This document shows, piece after piece, positions 44,041-52,814 of a stretch of 56,287 nt of DNA; the stretch's first letter is position 1; every line of letters starts with the position of its first letter. The stretch covers positions 1-56,287 of the forward strand of contig JALSOK010000030.1 in NCBI GenBank assembly GCA_026986535.1. Direction: 5' to 3'. The translations under genes were made by a program, and so were the position numbers. Origin of the DNA: a candidate division WOR-3 bacterium. GTDB taxonomy: Bacteria; Hydrothermota; Hydrothermia; LBFQ01; DSFT01. The notes below the pieces were generated by a model, which searched no databases, had not been told where the DNA came from, and was given only the letters and a program-made list of their open reading frames with translations.

Positions 44041-44358
44041 CTATCTCCAGAGCAGAACTACGAGGAGAATTGCGGCGGCGATAGTTGAGGCGATTGCCCA
44101 GATGCGGGTGAATCGGAGCTGGTCCCCCTTTTGCCTCAGAGCCTCTTCCAGCATTTGCCTTTCCAGGTTGCACCTTTCAAGGTCGTTCTTACAGGCCCTC
44201 AGTTCCTCCCTCAGCTTCTGGATTTCGTTTTCTCTGGAGAAATCCAGTGACCGGGAACTGTCCGATTTTCCTCCGGAAATGAACTGGATCACCCTCCTGC
44301 CCGATTCGAATAATATTAATTTGGCCGCCTCCTTCAGGATTCTGCCGATGAATCCCAT
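44041..44358 (-). CDS. Small coiled-coil protein with C-terminal TM helix (tail-anchored), paralog B
   Basis: 105 aa: coiled coil IQKLREELRACKNDLERCNLERQMLEEALRQKGDQL and terminal IWAIASTIAAAILLVVLLWR. TAAAAT box 7 nt upstream of the ATG. Confidence 0.55.
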   Translation of the reverse strand: MGFIGRILKEAAKLILFESGRRVIQFISGGKSDSSRSLDFSRENEIQKLREELRACKNDLERCNLERQMLEEALRQKGDQLRFTRIWAIASTIAAAILLVVLLWR

Positions 44359-44365
44359 GGTGAAA

Positions 44366-44371
44366 ATTTTA
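44366..44371 (-). promoter_or_regulatory. -10 box TAAAAT, 7 nt upstream of the small paralog B ATG
   Basis: The minus strand reads CATTTTAAAAT-TTTCACC-ATG. Confidence 0.45.
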
Positions 44372-44377
44372 AAATGC

Positions 44378-45631
44378 CTATTTTTCCAGAATTTTGTCGA
44401 ATTTCCTGTGGATTATGCCCTTCACCCTTATGGTGCTGTCGGTGAATTCCTCTTCCTCTATGTAGGCGTACTTCTTGAGGGCGGAGTATTTTTCGAATTT
44501 TTCCAGGGGGATTTCGATTTCGAAGGGCCTGAAATTGGCTTCCAGCATCTCTTTTATCCTTTCCACCAGTTCCTCTATGTTTTCCCCGAGGCGGGCCGAA
44601 ATGAATACGCTGTTGGGGTACTTCTGCCGCAGGCGGTGGATTACATTCCTGTCCAGGAGCATATCTATCTTATTGAAGACCAGAAGTATGGGTCTGTCCT
44701 TCAAATCCATCTCCTCCAGGGTTTTCTCCACGGTCTTTATGTGCTCCTCCATGGCCGGATGCGATATGTCCACCACATGCAGTATGAGATCAGCATCCTC
44801 TATGACCCCCAGCGTGGCCCTGAAGGAGGCTATGAGGCCGGGCGGAATATCCTTTATGAATCCGACGGTATCGGAGAGGACAACCCTGTAGGGAACTGCG
44901 GGCAGTTTCAGGAGGCGGGTGGTGGCGTCCAGTGTGGCAAACAGTTTATCGTCCACATATACGCTGGCATCGGTTAGCAGGTTCATTATGGTGGATTTGC
45001 CCACATTCGTGTATCCCACGAGGGCAATCTTTATGAAGTCCCTGCGGGCCTTTCTGTGGATTTTCTTCGTTCTCTCTATGGTCTGGAGCTTCTTCCGAAG
45101 GGCCGTAATTCTGTCCTTTATGCGCCTCTTTTCCACTTCCAGCTCTTTTTCTCCCGGGCCTCTGGTCCCTATTCCTCCTCCCAGACGGGACAGTTCCTTT
45201 CCCCTGCCCACGAGGTGGGTCAGTGCATACTCCAGCTGTGCCAGTTCCACCTGTATCTTTGCCTCCGAGGTTCTGGCCCTGTTTTCGAAGATCTTCATGA
45301 TGAGCTGGGTTCTGTCCATGACCTGGATTCCCATGACTTTTTCGAGATTCCTCGCCTGTGCATGGGTCAGTTCGAAGTCGAAGATGATTATGTCTATTGC
45401 GTACTGCCGGGCTATGTCCCCCAGCTCCCTCGCTTTCCCGACCCCTATGTAGTATGCGGGGTCCACCTGGGGCCTGATCTGAAGGAATTTCTCGAAAACT
45501 TCGTATCCGGCCGTTTCTGCCAGCTGCTGGAGTTCCTCCAGGCTGTCCAGGGCTTCCCACCTGTCCCTGCTGGATTTTGCGAAACCCACCAGAAGGGCCC
45601 TTTCTCTCCTGTCCTCTGCCGCCTTCTCCAT
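44378..45631 (-). CDS. hflX: GTPase HflX
   Basis: HflX N-domain (ERALLVG...), coiled linker, G1 VGYTNVGKST, G3 DTVGF and G4 NKID. Start at ATG 45631 (MEKAAED) avoids the overlap with clpX that the track start 45679 implies. Confidence 0.9.
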   Translation of the reverse strand: MEKAAEDRRERALLVGFAKSSRDRWEALDSLEELQQLAETAGYEVFEKFLQIRPQVDPAYYIGVGKARELGDIARQYAIDIIIFDFELTHAQARNLEKVMGIQVMDRTQLIMKIFENRARTSEAKIQVELAQLEYALTHLVGRGKELSRLGGGIGTRGPGEKELEVEKRRIKDRITALRKKLQTIERTKKIHRKARRDFIKIALVGYTNVGKSTIMNLLTDASVYVDDKLFATLDATTRLLKLPAVPYRVVLSDTVGFIKDIPPGLIASFRATLGVIEDADLILHVVDISHPAMEEHIKTVEKTLEEMDLKDRPILLVFNKIDMLLDRNVIHRLRQKYPNSVFISARLGENIEELVERIKEMLEANFRPFEIEIPLEKFEKYSALKKYAYIEEEEFTDSTIRVKGIIHRKFDKILEK

Positions 45632-45644
45632 GCCCCCTGCGGGT

Positions 45645-46886
45645 CTAACCCCCCGCTTTTCTTTCCTCTCTGACTTCAAAGATGGGCTCCTTGTGCTTCA
45701 GGATGGTCTCGTCCGTTATGATGATTCTGGCAACGCCCCTCTCCTTCAATTCTGGAAGCTGGAACATCAATTCGTTCAGGACCTCCTCCATGATCGCCCT
45801 CAGGCCCCTCGCCCCCGTTCCCCTCTTCATGGCTATTTCTGCTATAGTCTCCAGGGCCTTCTGCGTAAACTGGAGATTTACCCCCTCCAGTTCGAAGAGC
45901 TTCTGATACTGCCTGACCAGTGCATTCCTCGGCTCCGTGAGGATCTTCACCAGGTCATCCACATCGAGAGGGTCGAATACGGCAATCACATGGAGCCTTC
46001 CCACCATCTCCGGAATTATGCCGTACTTTATGAGGTCTTCCGGCTGGACCAGACGCAGTATCTCCCTGTCGTCCACCCTTTTGTGCTCTCCCCTGAATCC
46101 TATCTCCCTGCGACCCAGCCTCTCGCGGATGATGTCTGCCAGGCCATCGAAAGCCCCACCCATGATGAACAGAATGTCGGATGTGTCCAGCTGTATGTAG
46201 CTCTGTTCGGGATGCTTCCTGCCCCCCTGCGGGGGTATGTTGGCCACAGTTCCTTCCACTATCTTCAAGAGGGCCTGCTGGACCCCTTCTCCTCCCACAT
46301 CCTTCGTGAGGGATGGGGAGTCCTGCCTGCGGGAGAGCTTGTCGAATTCGTCCAGGTATATGATGCCGTATCGGGCCTTTTCCAGATTGTAATCTGCATT
46401 CTGCACCAGCCTGAGCAGTATGTTCTCCACATCTTCTCCTACATATCCCGCCTCAGTGAGGGGGGTGGCGTCGTATATGGCATAAGGTATGTTCAGGAAC
46501 TTTGCCAGGGTCTTTGCCATAAGGGTTTTACCCACTCCCGTGGGCCCTATCATGAGGATGTTGGACTTTTCCAGCTCCACATCGTCGAACCTGTTCTTGT
46601 GTTTTATGCGCTTGAGGTGATTGTAGATGGCGACTGATATGACCTTCTTGGCCCTTTCCTGCCCCACTATGTATCTGTCCAGAAATGCCTTGATCTGGGA
46701 GGGTTTGGGAATCTCCTCGACTGCGGCCTCCTGCGGCTCGTAGTTGAGCCTGGCCTCCTTGAGGACCTCGTAGGCGATCTGGACGCACTCATCGCATATA
46801 TAGGCGGCAAAACCGCCTATGAGATTGTTTACTTCGCTCTCCGGCCTCCCGCAGAAGGAACAGCGCCTCTCTTTCTTCTTTCCCAT
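45645..46886 (-). CDS. clpX: ATP-dependent Clp protease ATP-binding subunit ClpX
   Basis: N-terminal zinc finger CSFCGR...CDEC, Walker A GPTGVGKT, Walker [10 protein letters not shown] and GGAFDGL. Confidence 0.95.
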   Translation of the reverse strand: MGKKKERRCSFCGRPESEVNNLIGGFAAYICDECVQIAYEVLKEARLNYEPQEAAVEEIPKPSQIKAFLDRYIVGQERAKKVISVAIYNHLKRIKHKNRFDDVELEKSNILMIGPTGVGKTLMAKTLAKFLNIPYAIYDATPLTEAGYVGEDVENILLRLVQNADYNLEKARYGIIYLDEFDKLSRRQDSPSLTKDVGGEGVQQALLKIVEGTVANIPPQGGRKHPEQSYIQLDTSDILFIMGGAFDGLADIIRERLGRREIGFRGEHKRVDDREILRLVQPEDLIKYGIIPEMVGRLHVIAVFDPLDVDDLVKILTEPRNALVRQYQKLFELEGVNLQFTQKALETIAEIAMKRGTGARGLRAIMEEVLNELMFQLPELKERGVARIIITDETILKHKEPIFEVREERKAGG

Positions 46887-46889
46887 GAT

Positions 46890-47561
46890 TTACGGCCTCT
46901 TTTCCAGGACTTCATCCACTATTCCATACTCTTTCGCTTCGTAGGATGACATGTAGAAATTCCTGTCGGTATCCTTTTCTATCTTCTCTATGGGCTGGCC
47001 CGTATGCTTCGCCAGTATTTCGTTCAGCATGCGCTTGAGGGTTAGAATCTCCTTCGCCTCTATCTCTATGTCGGCTGCCTGTCCCTTGACCCCTCCCAGG
47101 GGCTGGTGAATCATTATTCTCGTGTGGGGAAGTGCGAAGCGCTTCTGCTTCGTGCCTGCCGCCAGAAGCACCGCCGCCATGGAGGCCGCCATTCCCATGG
47201 CTATGGTAGAAACATCCGGCTTTATGTACTGCATGGTATCGTATATGGCCAGACCCGCAGTCACATATCCTCCGGGTGAGTGAATGTAGAGGTATATGTC
47301 CTTCTCCGGATTGTCCGCCTCCAGAAACAGGAGCTGAGCCACCACGAGGTTGCCCACATGGTCATCCACGGCCGTTCCCAGAAAGACTATGCGGTCCTTG
47401 AGGAGTCGGGAGTATATGTCGTAGGCCCTTTCGCCCATCCCCACCTTCTCTATGACATAGGGCACATAGTACTGGTCGTAAATCTTCCTGTTTTTTTCCA
47501 CATCCTCTTTCTTCATATCCGGCCCCATGCGGGGCAGTCTGTTTATGTTAAAGTCTTTCAT
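46890..47561 (-). CDS. clpP: ATP-dependent Clp protease proteolytic subunit ClpP (about 30-aa N-terminal extension, start uncertain)
   Basis: Motifs [19 protein letters not shown], the catalytic Ser context MGMAASMAA, and IMIHQPLGG. Confidence 0.9.
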   Translation of the reverse strand: MKDFNINRLPRMGPDMKKEDVEKNRKIYDQYYVPYVIEKVGMGERAYDIYSRLLKDRIVFLGTAVDDHVGNLVVAQLLFLEADNPEKDIYLYIHSPGGYVTAGLAIYDTMQYIKPDVSTIAMGMAASMAAVLLAAGTKQKRFALPHTRIMIHQPLGGVKGQAADIEIEAKEILTLKRMLNEILAKHTGQPIEKIEKDTDRNFYMSSYEAKEYGIVDEVLEKRP

Positions 47562-47563
47562 GG

Positions 47564-48646
47564 CTAAATCTTTACCGGCATTATTAGGTATTTGAGGTTT
47601 TCCTCCCCGCTGCCTATGAGGATGGGGGAGGTGTCCCCGTATATGCGCATCTCCATATCCCCTCTGGGCAGATGTCTTATTATATCCACGAACTTCTTCG
47701 TGTCGAGGACGATCTCGTAGGGGCTCCCCTCATACCTGCCCTCCAGCTGGATTTCCAGTTCATCGCCGTCCGTGTTGGCGGCATGAATCAGCAGGCTGTC
47801 TTCGGAGAGGACGAACTTCAGGTTGTCGGGGTTGATGGCGGTTGCCGCCTTCAGGGCCCTGTCCATGTCTTCCCTCGTGATGCGCAGGGAGCTGTAAGTG
47901 CCCTCCGGGAATATTCCCTCGTAGTTGGGGTACGGTCCCTGAATCAGCCGGATGTTTATGAATCCTTCGGGGAACCTTATGGTCATGTAATTCTGATCCT
48001 CCGTGAACCCCACTTCCACCTTCTCCGCCTCTATGTCCTTGAGGACCCCCTTCAGGTTTCTGGGAAGAATGGCCTGGAATTCCCTCCCCGTGGGTATTTC
48101 TCTTTCCGCAACCCCCAGGACGAAGCTATCGGTGGCCACGAACCTGCTCGACTCATCCCTGCTGTCCCACAGGATGCCCGTGAGGAAGAGTCTGCTGTCG
48201 TCGGAGGCCGCACAGAATTCCACCCTGTCCAGGGCCCCGATTACATCTTCCAGGCTTACCATAAAGGTTCCGGTGGTCTCCTTTGGACTTATGGGGGGAA
48301 AGAGTTCGGGGTCCTGCGTGACGACCCTGTACCTGACCCCTTCGGACTGGATGGTCAGGTTGCTGTCGCTCGTGCTCACATCCACAACGGCGTCCTTTTC
48401 GAAAACCTTTATGAGGGAAGTAAATTTCTTGCGGTCAACCAGAGCCCTTCCGGGTTTCGAATCCAGCACTGGAATGGACATGACCATTTCTATGTCTCCG
48501 CTTGTGGCATACATCCTGAGACGACCCTCTTCCACCTCCAGCAGAATGTTGTTGTGGATATCGAGGGCGCTCCTTCCACCCCCCACGAGTTTTCCAATTG
48601 AGGTAATATTCCGCTCTATCAATTTCTTCTCCACCTTGAACTTCAT
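47564..48646 (-). CDS. dnaN: DNA polymerase III beta sliding clamp
   Basis: 360 aa, N-terminus [21 protein letters not shown], three-domain length, C-terminal ..[17 protein letters not shown] upstream. Confidence 0.9.
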   Translation of the reverse strand: MKFKVEKKLIERNITSIGKLVGGGRSALDIHNNILLEVEEGRLRMYATSGDIEMVMSIPVLDSKPGRALVDRKKFTSLIKVFEKDAVVDVSTSDSNLTIQSEGVRYRVVTQDPELFPPISPKETTGTFMVSLEDVIGALDRVEFCAASDDSRLFLTGILWDSRDESSRFVATDSFVLGVAEREIPTGREFQAILPRNLKGVLKDIEAEKVEVGFTEDQNYMTIRFPEGFINIRLIQGPYPNYEGIFPEGTYSSLRITREDMDRALKAATAINPDNLKFVLSEDSLLIHAANTDGDELEIQLEGRYEGSPYEIVLDTKKFVDIIRHLPRGDMEMRIYGDTSPILIGSGEENLKYLIMPVKI

Positions 48647-48678
48647 ATCTTCCTCCTCTTTTAAACCGAAGGGTGAAA

Positions 48679-48684
48679 ATTATA
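48679..48684 (-). promoter_or_regulatory. -10 box TATAAT upstream of dnaN (leadered, with SD), overlapping the tsaE stop
   Basis: The minus strand reads CGTATAATTTTCACCC..., then about 20 nt, then GAGGAGGAAGAT-ATG. Confidence 0.4.
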
Positions 48685-49117
48685 CGGTGGTTCCCCCGTG
48701 GTGGGATATACGGATTTTCCGTGTATTTTCGTCCACCATTTCTATCTCCACCAGCCAGTACCTGTCGAAGAGGTCCCCTGGTGCATGCTCGTACCATTCC
48801 ACCAGCACTATGCTGTTTCCTTCGCTGACTATGTCCCATACCTCGAGCCTTTCCACCTCCTGCGGGGACAGCCTGTAGAGGTCTATGTGGTACAGGTTCA
48901 GGTCCTCCACCCTGTACTGATGAATTATATTGAAGGTGGGGCTCCTGACCCTTCGAATGCCGAATCTCCGCAGGAATCCTCTTGCGAATGTGGTCTTTCC
49001 GGCTCCGATTTCCCCTCTGAGCAGGATTATGACGGGCTTTTCCTCCTTGAGGACCTTCTGTGCCAGCTCGGATGCTATCTCGTGAGTTTCCTCTATGGAT
49101 CTCGAGATGTATTCCAT
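48680..49117 (-). CDS. tsaE: tRNA t6A37 biosynthesis ATPase TsaE (YjeE)
   Basis: Motifs LLRGEIGAGKTTFARGF, VRSPTFNI, HIDLYR and VLVEW. Confidence 0.85.
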   Translation of the reverse strand: MEYISRSIEETHEIASELAQKVLKEEKPVIILLRGEIGAGKTTFARGFLRRFGIRRVRSPTFNIIHQYRVEDLNLYHIDLYRLSPQEVERLEVWDIVSEGNSIVLVEWYEHAPGDLFDRYWLVEIEMVDENTRKIRISHHGGTTV

Positions 49118-49148
49118 GAAGAAGAAGACAGGGGGACTTCCCCTGCAA

Positions 49149-49538
49149 TCAATCCCTTATTTCCTTCAGCTTCCTCCTGAGGGCCCTTTCGCTCAGGTTC
49201 CTGATGAAGGAGAGTACTGCCCTCTTGGGCTTGACCTTCTTTATCACCTCTATCTTCTCTATGTTGGGGGAATGTACGGGGAATATTCTCTCTATGCCGA
49301 TTCCGTGGCTCACCCTCCTGACGGTTATGGTCCGGTTTATGCCGCTTCCCTTCATCCTTATTACGATGCCTTCGAAGGGCTGAATCCTGACCCTCTCTTC
49401 CCACTGCCTTTTCTTTGCGTTGAATCTCAGCTCTTTTACCTTAACATGAACCCTTACGGTGTATCCAGGCTTGATTTCGGGAATGTCTTCCTTGATGAAC
49501 CTGGATTCCACTCCCCTTATGAGTTCCATCTTGTTCAT
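49149..49538 (-). CDS. rplS: 50S ribosomal protein L19
   Basis: Motifs IPEIKPGYTVRVHVKVKE, RIQPFEGIVI and TVRRVSHGIGIERIFPVHSP. Confidence 0.9.
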   Translation of the reverse strand: MNKMELIRGVESRFIKEDIPEIKPGYTVRVHVKVKELRFNAKKRQWEERVRIQPFEGIVIRMKGSGINRTITVRRVSHGIGIERIFPVHSPNIEKIEVIKKVKPKRAVLSFIRNLSERALRRKLKEIRD

Positions 49539-49575
49539 GATAACACCTCCCGGACGGATCTGAATAATAAAAAAG

Positions 49576-49647
49576 AGCGGGAGACGGGATTCGAACCCGC
49601 GACCCCCTGCATGGCAAGCAGGTGCTCTACCACTGAGCTACTCCCGC
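49576..49647 (-). tRNA. tRNA-Gly (anticodon GCC), no encoded CCA
   Basis: The minus strand reads GCGGGAG-TA-GCTC-AGTGGTA-GAGC-A-CCTGC-TTGCCAT-GCAGG-GGGTC-GCGGG-TTCGAAT-CCCGT-CTCCCGC-T. This folds into a cloverleaf with a 7-bp acceptor stem, GCC in the anticodon loop and a U discriminator, followed by a T-run. Confidence 0.9.
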
Positions 49648-49662
49648 TCGGTCGGGGTGAAA

Positions 49663-49668
49663 ATTATA
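49663..49668 (-). promoter_or_regulatory. -10 box TATAAT, 15 nt upstream of the mature tRNA-Gly 5' end
   Basis: The minus strand reads CTTTATAATTTTCACCCCGACCGA followed by GCGGGAG (tRNA). Confidence 0.5.
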
Positions 49669-49742
49669 AAGCAGATGGGATGGGGATTGCAGGGACGCGG
49701 CCCGCCCGGAAGACCGCCCGGATGAACAGGGAACTGTTCTGC

Positions 49743-51143
49743 TCACTCTTTCATGATCTTTTCGATTATGAGTCTTACTTTTCCGGGGTCGGCCTGCGGG
49801 TTCTTCTTCTTTACCCTTCCTATGAAGAAACCGATGAGCCCCATCTTTCCACCCTTAAGCCGCTCGAATTCATCGGGATGCTCGGCGATTACAGCCCTCA
49901 CGATGACCTCCAGCTCTTCATCCGAGGGACCGGATTCCACCTCTTTCAGGAGCTCCTCCAGTACGGCTCCCTCTATGATGCGCCTGAGGAATTCTTTCAC
50001 TCTGTGGGCGGGAAGTTTTTCCTTCTGAACCATTATCATGAGTTTCCTGAACTGGTCCAGCGGGGGGAGTCTGTCCATGTTGCGCACCTGATTTACCATC
50101 CACTTGCTGGCCAGTATGGGATCCACCTCCCCGTCTCCTATTGCATCTCTGAAGAATCGTATTGCGTCCCTGTTCCTGTCCCGCATGAGGATCTCCAGGT
50201 TGTTCAGGTAGTTGTCGTAGCCCTTTTCCCCTGGGCTGGCCCTGGATGCCATTTCGTCGAAGAGGGCAAAGGGATCATCGAGGTCGCCCGATTCCACCTC
50301 CTGCATAAGGGGGGCGATGGATAGCACGGGAATGTCCGGCTCCGGGAAGTATCGATAGTCATCTTCCGTTTCTTTCCTTCTCATGGGGATGGTGCGCTTT
50401 TCGTAATCGTCCCACCTGCGGGTATGCTGTTCTATGGGCCTGCCCTTTCTGATTTCCTCCTTCTGGCGATTGATTTCGTATTTCAGGGCTTCCACCACAT
50501 CCCTTATGCTGTTGACATTCTTTATCTCCACCCTCTCTCCTCCACCCACGGATACATTTATGTCCACCCTGAACTGGCCCTTCTCCATGTCCGCATCCGA
50601 AATTTCCATGAGTTGAACCACCAGCCGGAGGTTCTCCAGGAACCTTTTGACATCCTCCACGGTGTGCATATCCGGTTCAGTGACTATTTCTATGAGGGGA
50701 ATACCGGCCCTGTTGAAATCCAGAAGGACCTCTCCCTCGTCGGTCTGTATGGAGCGGGCTGTATCCTCCTCCAGGGATAGCCTGCGGATGCGGACCCTTT
50801 TGTCCCTGTTTCTGAAGTCCAGGGGGAGATAGCCCCCCTGAGCGATTGCGGCCTCGTTGTACTGGGTAATCTGATACCCCTTTGGCAGGTCCGGGTAAAA
50901 GTAGTTCTTCCTGTAGAACACCGGGTCGGGATTGATTTCGCTGTGGAGCACCCTTGCCAGCCTTATGGCGTACTCCACGGCCCTGCGGTTGGTGACCGGA
51001 AGGGTTCCGGGATAGCCCAGGCACACGGGACATATATTGGTGTTGGGTTCGTCCTGAACATCGTAGTCGTTCTTGCAGCGGCAGAACATTTTGCTCCTGG
51101 TCTTCAGCTGAAGGTGAATCTCGAGGCCTATTTTCACTTCCAT
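49743..51143 (-). CDS. gatB: Asp/Glu-tRNA amidotransferase subunit B
   Basis: Motifs IGLEIHLQL, KMFCRC, NICPVCLGYPGTLP and a C-terminal YqeY-like tail. Confidence 0.9.
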   Translation of the reverse strand: MEVKIGLEIHLQLKTRSKMFCRCKNDYDVQDEPNTNICPVCLGYPGTLPVTNRRAVEYAIRLARVLHSEINPDPVFYRKNYFYPDLPKGYQITQYNEAAIAQGGYLPLDFRNRDKRVRIRRLSLEEDTARSIQTDEGEVLLDFNRAGIPLIEIVTEPDMHTVEDVKRFLENLRLVVQLMEISDADMEKGQFRVDINVSVGGGERVEIKNVNSIRDVVEALKYEINRQKEEIRKGRPIEQHTRRWDDYEKRTIPMRRKETEDDYRYFPEPDIPVLSIAPLMQEVESGDLDDPFALFDEMASRASPGEKGYDNYLNNLEILMRDRNRDAIRFFRDAIGDGEVDPILASKWMVNQVRNMDRLPPLDQFRKLMIMVQKEKLPAHRVKEFLRRIIEGAVLEELLKEVESGPSDEELEVIVRAVIAEHPDEFERLKGGKMGLIGFFIGRVKKKNPQADPGKVRLIIEKIMKE

Positions 51144-51144
51144 A

Positions 51145-52332
51145 TCACTTCACCAGTTCGGACCGGGGTATGATTTCGAAGAGGGTTTTCAGATATTTCT
51201 GCGGGTTGAAGTATCTGTATGGGGGGTCTATTCCTGGGTCGTCCCTTCTCATAATGTCGTACTGGCCGATGATGGAAAGGGCGGAGAGCACGGTGCTGTA
51301 TCCGGTCATCTTCTGCATGGCTGTGTATTTTTCATCGGAGAGCACGACCGCGTGCATCTCTTCTGTGATGCCCCCCTTCGAGGCCACCACCTTCATGATG
51401 GCCATGTCCTCCTTCGTCCGGGGAAGGATTTTGTCCAGCATCATGGAGGTTATATCGAGGAAGGAGTAGGCCCTGCCCTCTATGTTCAGGAATCTGTCGC
51501 TGTCGAAGAGCCCCAGTCTCCACAGTTTGCGGATTACATCGTAGTGGCCGGAGTATCTCAGGGTTCTGTATCCCATATTCTTCACGCCCCCGTAGTGGAA
51601 GGGCATCAGGGATACGCCGTCTGATGTGGGAAGGGACTCCAGGTCCCTGATGTAGAACTCTCCGTCTTTCTCTTCTATCTTCTGGTACTTTTTGATGACT
51701 CCGGCGATTTGCGGGTCTGTGAATTTGACATACAGGTCCTTTTCTATTTCATCCGCCAGCCCCTGTATGAACTGGATTTCACCGTCCTTCTTCACTATGG
51801 TGGCATCCGTGTACTCCTGAATGAGGCCCTTTATGGACCAGGTGAGGGCGTATCTCAGTATTCCTCCGGCCCTGTCGTCCAGGGGAAGCCCGCCGGAGTA
51901 CATGATAACCTCTTCATAACCCCTCTCGGCATAGTAAGCCCCCATGACATTTATGGTGCCGGGAGCCATGCCCGTTTCTACCACCAGCTTTACGCCCTTT
52001 TCCCTTGCGAACTGCTCGAAGGATTTCTGTTTTATTGTGGTCCAGGTGCTCTGGCCCAGGTCCACATAGTTGAAACCATATTCCACAGCCAGGCGGGCAT
52101 AGAATTCGTTGCCCGTGAATGTGGAAGCATTTATGAGGACATCGGGCTTAAGGGCCCGCAGGGCCTCCTGAACATCGGGGTTTATATCCCTCAATCTGCA
52201 GGTTCCCTCTATGTTCTCCTTCTCCTCCACGATGTCGTAAACGAAGATTTCGCTGTCCTTTGCGAGCTCCTTCAGCTGATTGACGATGGCTGTTCCCATT
52301 TTGCCGAGACCAGCGACGGCTATCTTCGACAT
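51145..52332 (-). CDS. Saccharopine dehydrogenase-family NAD(P) oxidoreductase
   Basis: Rossmann KIAVAGLGKMGTAI and GMAPGTINV, with a Sacchrp_dh C-terminal-like region. Substrate unknown. Confidence 0.7.
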   Translation of the reverse strand: MSKIAVAGLGKMGTAIVNQLKELAKDSEIFVYDIVEEKENIEGTCRLRDINPDVQEALRALKPDVLINASTFTGNEFYARLAVEYGFNYVDLGQSTWTTIKQKSFEQFAREKGVKLVVETGMAPGTINVMGAYYAERGYEEVIMYSGGLPLDDRAGGILRYALTWSIKGLIQEYTDATIVKKDGEIQFIQGLADEIEKDLYVKFTDPQIAGVIKKYQKIEEKDGEFYIRDLESLPTSDGVSLMPFHYGGVKNMGYRTLRYSGHYDVIRKLWRLGLFDSDRFLNIEGRAYSFLDITSMMLDKILPRTKEDMAIMKVVASKGGITEEMHAVVLSDEKYTAMQKMTGYSTVLSALSIIGQYDIMRRDDPGIDPPYRYFNPQKYLKTLFEIIPRSELVK

Positions 52333-52490
52333 TCCTTTTCACCTCCTGGTTTTCATGGTTTTTAAAGGGGAATTGTAAAAAATCGCATCCCCTTCCAAAG
52401 CCCCACAATTATAAACACATCTGGAGCGATGGTGAATCCCCGGTCCCCATCCTCTCCATCTGCCGCTCTCTGGTTTAAACTTATGAGTCG

Positions 52491-52814
52491 ATGCTGTGGC
52501 TGTTTCTCGTCTCCCAGTGCTCCTGCCCCCCGATGGATGATATGGGTGCTGTCGCCCGCTCCGATATGGTGTTCGAGGGGGTTGTGGATAGTGTAATCCG
52601 GGACTCTGTTCGGGGATATGTGTTCGATGTGTCCTTCGTTATAAAGGGGCCCGACACCGGCAGGGTGGTGGTGTGGACCCCCGACTCGTGCGGGGTGGAA
52701 TTCAGAAGGGGCGGTGAGTACAGGGTTTTCTCCAGGCTGGTCGATGGAAAGTTGATTACGGACGCCTGCTCCGGTTCCTATCCCATCTATTCGGAAGAGG
52801 AATATGATCAATAG
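52491..52814 (+). CDS. Small Cys-containing protein resembling the TIMP / NTR N-terminal domain
   Basis: After a 9-aa hydrophobic leader the sequence reads CSCPP...SDMVFEGVV...YVFDVSFVIKG...VVVWTPDSCGVEF..GGEYRVFSRLVDGKLITDACSGS. This parallels TIMP-1 CTCVPP...SDLVIRAKF...YEIKMTKMYKG...[36 protein letters not shown]. It overlaps the recJ start by 11 nt. Confidence 0.5.
   Translation: MLWLFLVSQCSCPPMDDMGAVARSDMVFEGVVDSVIRDSVRGYVFDVSFVIKGPDTGRVVVWTPDSCGVEFRRGGEYRVFSRLVDGKLITDACSGSYPIYSEEEYDQ

Noticed and set aside
49095-50324. A 409-aa plus-strand ORF spans rplS, the tRNA-Gly and part of gatB.
   Set aside because: It runs straight through a well-folded tRNA gene and lies antisense to two conserved genes. 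Its translation has no recognisable motifs.
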